From Catajapyx aquilonaris (taxonomy: Eukaryota): a DNA stretch of 45,243 nucleotides. The notes below the pieces were generated by a model. It ran no database searches. It was not told the DNA's origin and saw only the letters and a list, made by a program, of their open reading frames with translations. The DNA lies in assembly GCA_000934665.2 (NCBI GenBank), contig JYFJ02003326.1:1-45243 (forward strand). Reading direction: 5' to 3'. Positions 39,773 through 45,243 of the stretch are shown in pieces (the stretch's first letter is position 1; every line of letters begins with the position of its first letter). A program made the position numbers and the translations under genes.

Positions 39773-42700
39773 GCCAGTGGTAGCCAGACGCACGTTTATC
39801 TATTGATGTAGAATGCTTATGAGAGCAAATATTGCAGGTAGCCGAATTTTTTCCAATGCAAGTATACTTGATTACTCCTCGCCTTCTGCTGTCAAGAAAC
39901 GGTCCAGTTAATATTTAGGAGCTCCTTGCTGATGCTAAGCAACCCAGGCTGTGAATGTCAGGTAGGATTGCAGTCATGCCGCATCAGTGACAGATGCAGC
40001 AACTGAAGGCAGGCGTGACCTGACTTAACGGTGCACTGAAATCTCACTATAGACTAATGGTCTGACTGCTTACGTGCCGAGTTCAATTCCTGACGACAGC
40101 AGGGATGTTGGTGTTCAGCTTTTCTAAACACTGCTGTAAATAATGGTGTTGATTGAAGTGTGAGTCATTCTTTGTTTTGAGCTGAACATGTACATTCTTG
40201 CACTTTTTGTGAGTATTCCTTAACTATCCTGATCAGAAGAGCCACTGCAAGGGAAATATCTTGTTTGCCTTGATGAAATGAGGTAGTACTGTCTCGCATA
40301 CCAAATCACTACCACAACATGTACATATTTTTTGGCCTTTTTTAATGATGGAAGTATAATGTACTCCCACTAGATGGAAGAAGTTTAGCCTTTCTTGGAG
40401 GGTAGGAAATAGGATATTTGCACAGCCCCACATTGAAATGGGCATAGTGGGTATTCACTTAACCTTTTCAGTCTGGGAATGCCCTTTTGGGCTGTTGTCA
40501 GACATTTCCTATTGGATCCTTATTGCTTGCCTTTGGATAACTCGAGTCAAAACACCGCAATCAGCAAACTTGAGGTTGCTGAATGGGGCAGCACAAAAAT
40601 TGCCCTGTCTGATAGAGCTACTATCACTTTGGAAATTATAACCACTCTTAGTGTTCGATTTTCAATAAATCACAAATGTACACCCGTGATAATATAAATC
40701 CACCAGGCTGAATTCTGAAAATATGCTATCAGAAATTATGAAATTACATTATTATTTTATGGAAATAAACTCTGCAGGTAATAAACGCCAGTGATGACTC
40801 AACTGCTTATCGCTGGCCACCCCATCTTATCAGAGATATCCAAATTGGCATATACCAGGAAGTAGCTCAGTAAGCGAATTTCAACCTTATTAATTTAGTA
40901 TTGCCCTGGTGACCCAGGTTAAAAAGGTTAAGTGGAAGCTATTTCCATCAGCTGAAACATTATTTGGTCCAATTGTGACCAGTGGAAATGATGATGCAAT
41001 CGTTTGCATGCATGTGCTTCAAAGGGCGCAGACTTCCCATTTCTGGAAATATTCCTCAAAGTCGGCATTGGTTGGGGGTGAAATGTGGTGAACTTTTATG
41101 CCAATGTGATTGAATTGATTAAAATGTCAGCTGCTGTGTTACCTCTGGGATTTCGTAATTGCCAGTTTCCAATGGGTACCTCGGTTTACTAAGAATTTCA
41201 CTGAACTGCAACCAGGCCTCAGAAATTGTCCCAGGAACTGGGACAATTTCATAGTTTTTGGGGGGCACTTGTAAGTGATTAAGAGTGGTCTACCTGACCT
41301 TGGATGATACAGAGTGACTTGAAAAATCAGATAAAATACAAAATCATGACATTGGCCATAACTGACATACTGCTCTGCAATCCAATCCATTAAGAAATTG
41401 TCGTTTTCAAACAAATTTTTCAGCGAAGTATTGTGAGTTTTCAGGATAATTATTTACATAATTATATCATGGGTACATATCATATATTGATGATATACCC
41501 AAATATCCATCCTTTCATGTAAAAAAAAGGTTGCGTTTTATTGTTTGGTTAGTTTAAATTATGTAAAAGATTTGACGTAAGGGTCTGAAGTCACAGCAGT
41601 GCAAGAGAGGCTGTGTATGGACCGCCATACACTTCCAGTGGCAGCCAGGTTGTTTCAGAGCTCTGCCAAATTAGCGTGGCTGGTCAATTGCAATTCATTC
41701 TGTAGTGTGGACAGGGATGTGCCTAGTTTTTTTTTGCTTGCGAAGCCCCCTCCCAAAGGTGGGGCTGGCCAGAGCAAGACATCACAGAAAAATGAGCAAA
41801 ATGAGGAGGGGCTATATTATTATCCTACTTTTTTACTTTTTGGAAAATGTTTTAGTTTCCAATTGATGTATTTTTAGCAACATTTATTCAAATGCCACTC
41901 TAATCTGGTATACCTCCCATTAACTGGTATGCCAGTGTAGCCACCGGATGTGTATTTTTAAAAAGCTGGTCACTGGGTTGTACTGGCATGCTACAATTTG
42001 TGGGTAATATCAAATTAACAGTGTAGTTCTCTCTGAGCAAAGTAAGCATGGACATGTAGTGAAAACACAGAGTACACAGGCATGAATGTTCCCTGGATAT
42101 TCACTAAATACTCGCGTATTGTTTAGGTATTGTTTAATCACAAGTCTATGTGTACTAGAGCCTAGATTAGAATGGCCAAATCTCGTACTGTGGTTATCTG
42201 TGGGCCACCAGCTTGGCAATTTTTCCTTCGTCTCCTCATAATCGTCTCATATCTCAACAGCTTGCAATTATTTTCATCAGTATATCACATTAACTAAATT
42301 CTTGGCGGGTGATTATGTAGTAAATTGACCTGATTTGCACTTTAAGTCCAATGTCACATAGTAACTGCATGGGCTCGGTTTTTAACAATGCATATTTCCA
42401 TGTCTAAAAATTGGGATTTTTGTTTACTTTTTTATGCAGTGCTTGTTACAATTTTTAATTTGCTACTGGACTGTTATATACACGTGCTCTTAAAAATGTG
42501 TGATTTTACTGTAGGTCACTTGGTCATGTGTTCTGTTGGCCTCCTTCAGAGTTGGAATTAGACTACTGCCAGAAGGAGTTTTGTGAAAATCAGGGCGACC
42601 ATATAAGAATGGAGATGGGAATTAACTTTGAAAATTGTATACAGTGTAACAATGAGTCAGATGAAGAAGAGAGGGGTTGTTGGTTAAGAGCTGGATGGCA

Positions 42701-45243
42701 AATGGATATGACAATACAAGACCTGGGAAATAATCCTGGGCAGGACATACATATTGTAATTTGGTTGAGAGTAATATTGAGACTAATACAATGGTGACAC
42801 ATCAATATGTGGGAATGATCCCAAGATTCAAGAAGAGAGTCAGCAACCTGTATTGTATTTGCCTTCATCCACAAGCCTCGCAGTATATTCCTGAGTATGT
42901 TTTTAGCCGTGCCTGTCCTATTCTTTAAGTAATAGCAGTGGAGACTGGTTAATACAACATTTCAAGCTCACCGATGCACCTCTAGTGTTGCTGTGTTACT
43001 GTACATGCAAATGGATCTGACTTGCAACATTGCATCAGATTGAGACCTAGATGCACCAATATCAATAATTCATGTAAGATTTTCATATGTGACTTTCAAA
43101 AGAGGGGTAGTACAATCGGTGCTGACAGTATTTGGCAGTTATTAAAGCTGTTTCCTGCAAGTGCTTGCATAGGATTCATTGAATTGATAGTGATACATAA
43201 AACTTTAGGGGACTCTCTGCTATTTTGGGGTATCCCTGCTGTGGCTCTTGAAAGGAATAGTGCATTACTTGCTTCAATGGGCCAGAATTCTCATTGCAGT
43301 CCTATATCAGGGATTCTGCTGAGAGAAGTGGCCTGGTAGAGTTGCTATAGTGAGATTCAACCTTGTGATGTGCCAAGCATTGGAAAAGTGTGCCGAGTGA
43401 GTTGGCATCATTGTGCCTTGATCCTCGCATAGGTGACTGCAGCACTGGTACTGCCTAGGCAGTTCCAGACATTGGTGGGAAGCGGGTTTTAGGAGCACTC
43501 AAGTTACTTTTCTAGCAGGTCTTTACATCATGGTGAATATAATTGGGCAGGAATGTACGTTTCTGACATATATAACAAGGGCGCTGAACTTTGATGGCAT
43601 GGTTTCCAGTGTGAGCTTGGAGCGACTCTCACCTTTAAAAAATCCAACGCTGCATTTGGATGAGGAAAGATCGTTAGACAGACCTGATGTACAGGCAACG
43701 GTCTGAAGAGCGTGGCTGTCCAAAGATTCTGAACCTGTTGGAGGTAAGATCTGTGAGCCACTATTGGCCTTGTGGTGTAAAGGTAGGGAGGTTGTCCTCG
43801 TGGGCGCATAGCTGGCATGTTCCGTGCTGATATAGTTTTTTGAAGAGGTAACTAATACCTGCTCATGCATGAAGCTCCTCAGCTGTTGACTCAGCAGTTT
43901 ACTGCTACCTGCACTTGTGTGCCATCATTTGTTCTGCACTTTTCTTTTCATATATTTTGCATGCGTGGGTGAGCATGTTTGCCAGCTGTGTTATGTCTAA
44001 TATTTTGCTTTTGTTCCCAGGAGAGAATGTTTGTTCGGGATCACTTATTTACTGCCAGAAGAGGTGTCCTACGAACATTTTTGTGGCCATTCCTTTCTAA
44101 AGCTTAGGGTGCCAAGAGAAAATTTCTGAAGCACTCAACATTATTCTGCTCGCTCTATGCCCTTGTGGCTTTCACAAAACTGCATCGAGATGTCCAGCAC
44201 TGCCTATTTTACTGGCATTTGGAGGAAAGGTGGGTGACAGAGAACAAATTGTACATTATAAAAGCCATGCAAAGTCTGTCAGTCTCTAGTTTTTCTCCAA
44301 TTCCTGAGAAGATCCAGTAGAAGGCTGAAAGTTGGTACAGGTATCCCCTGTTTCACAAAGATATCATTTTATGACACTTAACATTGGCCTTTTCAATGTG
44401 ACCTAGAAAAATGGAAAATTTAAAGAAAATCGGCCAAAAATTGAAAATAAGGCAACATTAGAAGCTGCATGGTTTGATGGGTTTTTTTTCGCAGCCTCGG
44501 CAAGTGTTTCTACCGGTACTCGACCATTAATGTCCAGCACTGTACTGGGGTATCTATATTTGTCAGGATAGTCGTCATTGACGACCTTTCGGACCCATGC
44601 CATGCTTTTTCCATATGCACCCCCTACCACCCCTCTCATTTTGGCAGATGAATTCGTGAACACCCTGAATGTTATCATATCTGGTGCAGTTCACTTGTTG
44701 GCTCTTTCATTTTTGGAATGAAGTCAATTTATTAAAATTGACATTGGATGTTGATGCCTATTACACATGTAACACAGGGATAAGTATTATAATTATACTT
44801 TATTTTTCAGGATGCAATGATGGTACCAATCAAGAATGCAAGAGACCCAAGTCGGGTTTATCCTGCTACATGTGCCTCAAGGAATATTTTAATATTTGCA
44901 TATGGTTAGGAATCAGACCTGGGTAATTTGGGTCTTAACTCGCAAGTTTCGAGTGTCCGGGTTTTCCTAGCTCTAGTGTAAAAATGGCTTGCAATTTGTG
45001 CCCATGAGTTGAAGGCGTGGAGCAGCAAACTGGGGGAGGTAATTGAGTGCCACTTCCACAGTGCAACTTATTTGCAATTGGTTCATGGCTCAATGGGGAA
45101 CTAGCCTTCATTTTGGAAACTACATAATAAATTCGCCCATATTTTGTGGATTTTTTTGGCATATTCCGTTTTAAGATATCAGTTCCCGTTCCGGAGTAAT
45201 TGGGGTTTTTATGTAGGGAAATGGTGACGTCACTGTTTCCCTA

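Overview
Eukaryotic genomic DNA, most likely from an insect (inferred from the protein sequences, many 55-95 nt introns and the transposon content). Three spliced protein-coding genes could be reconstructed by hand with consistent intron phases. (1) TMEM245, + strand, 2280-22794, 14 core exons, one requiring a GC-AG intron, plus three candidate in-frame cassette exons. (2) RSU1/icarus (Ras suppressor-1, an LRR protein), - strand, 30324-28320, 7 exons. (3) An hnRNP A1/A2-family gene (Hrb98DE/Hrb87F-like), + strand, 31403-38948, head-to-head with RSU1 and with a 3'UTR intron. The large introns are dense with non-autonomous transposons: Tc1/mariner relics and MITEs; piggyBac-like, PIF/Harbinger, hAT, Transib, pogo-like and Sola-like elements; and three tRNA-derived SINE families, often nested. 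I found no prokaryotic-type system (CRISPR, operon, defence locus) and no recognisable complete RNA gene, and I cannot claim a demonstrated new system. The best leads are: SINE heads and tails apparently swapped between families; a TSD-flanked SINE with a pure 678-nt poly(A); a 1.09-kb palindrome-in-a-palindrome in hnRNP intron 1; hidden in-frame TMEM245 exons; and an orphan GC-rich, pseudoknot-capable ~90-nt segment at ~10.5 kb. All coordinates were read by eye and may be off by a few nt.
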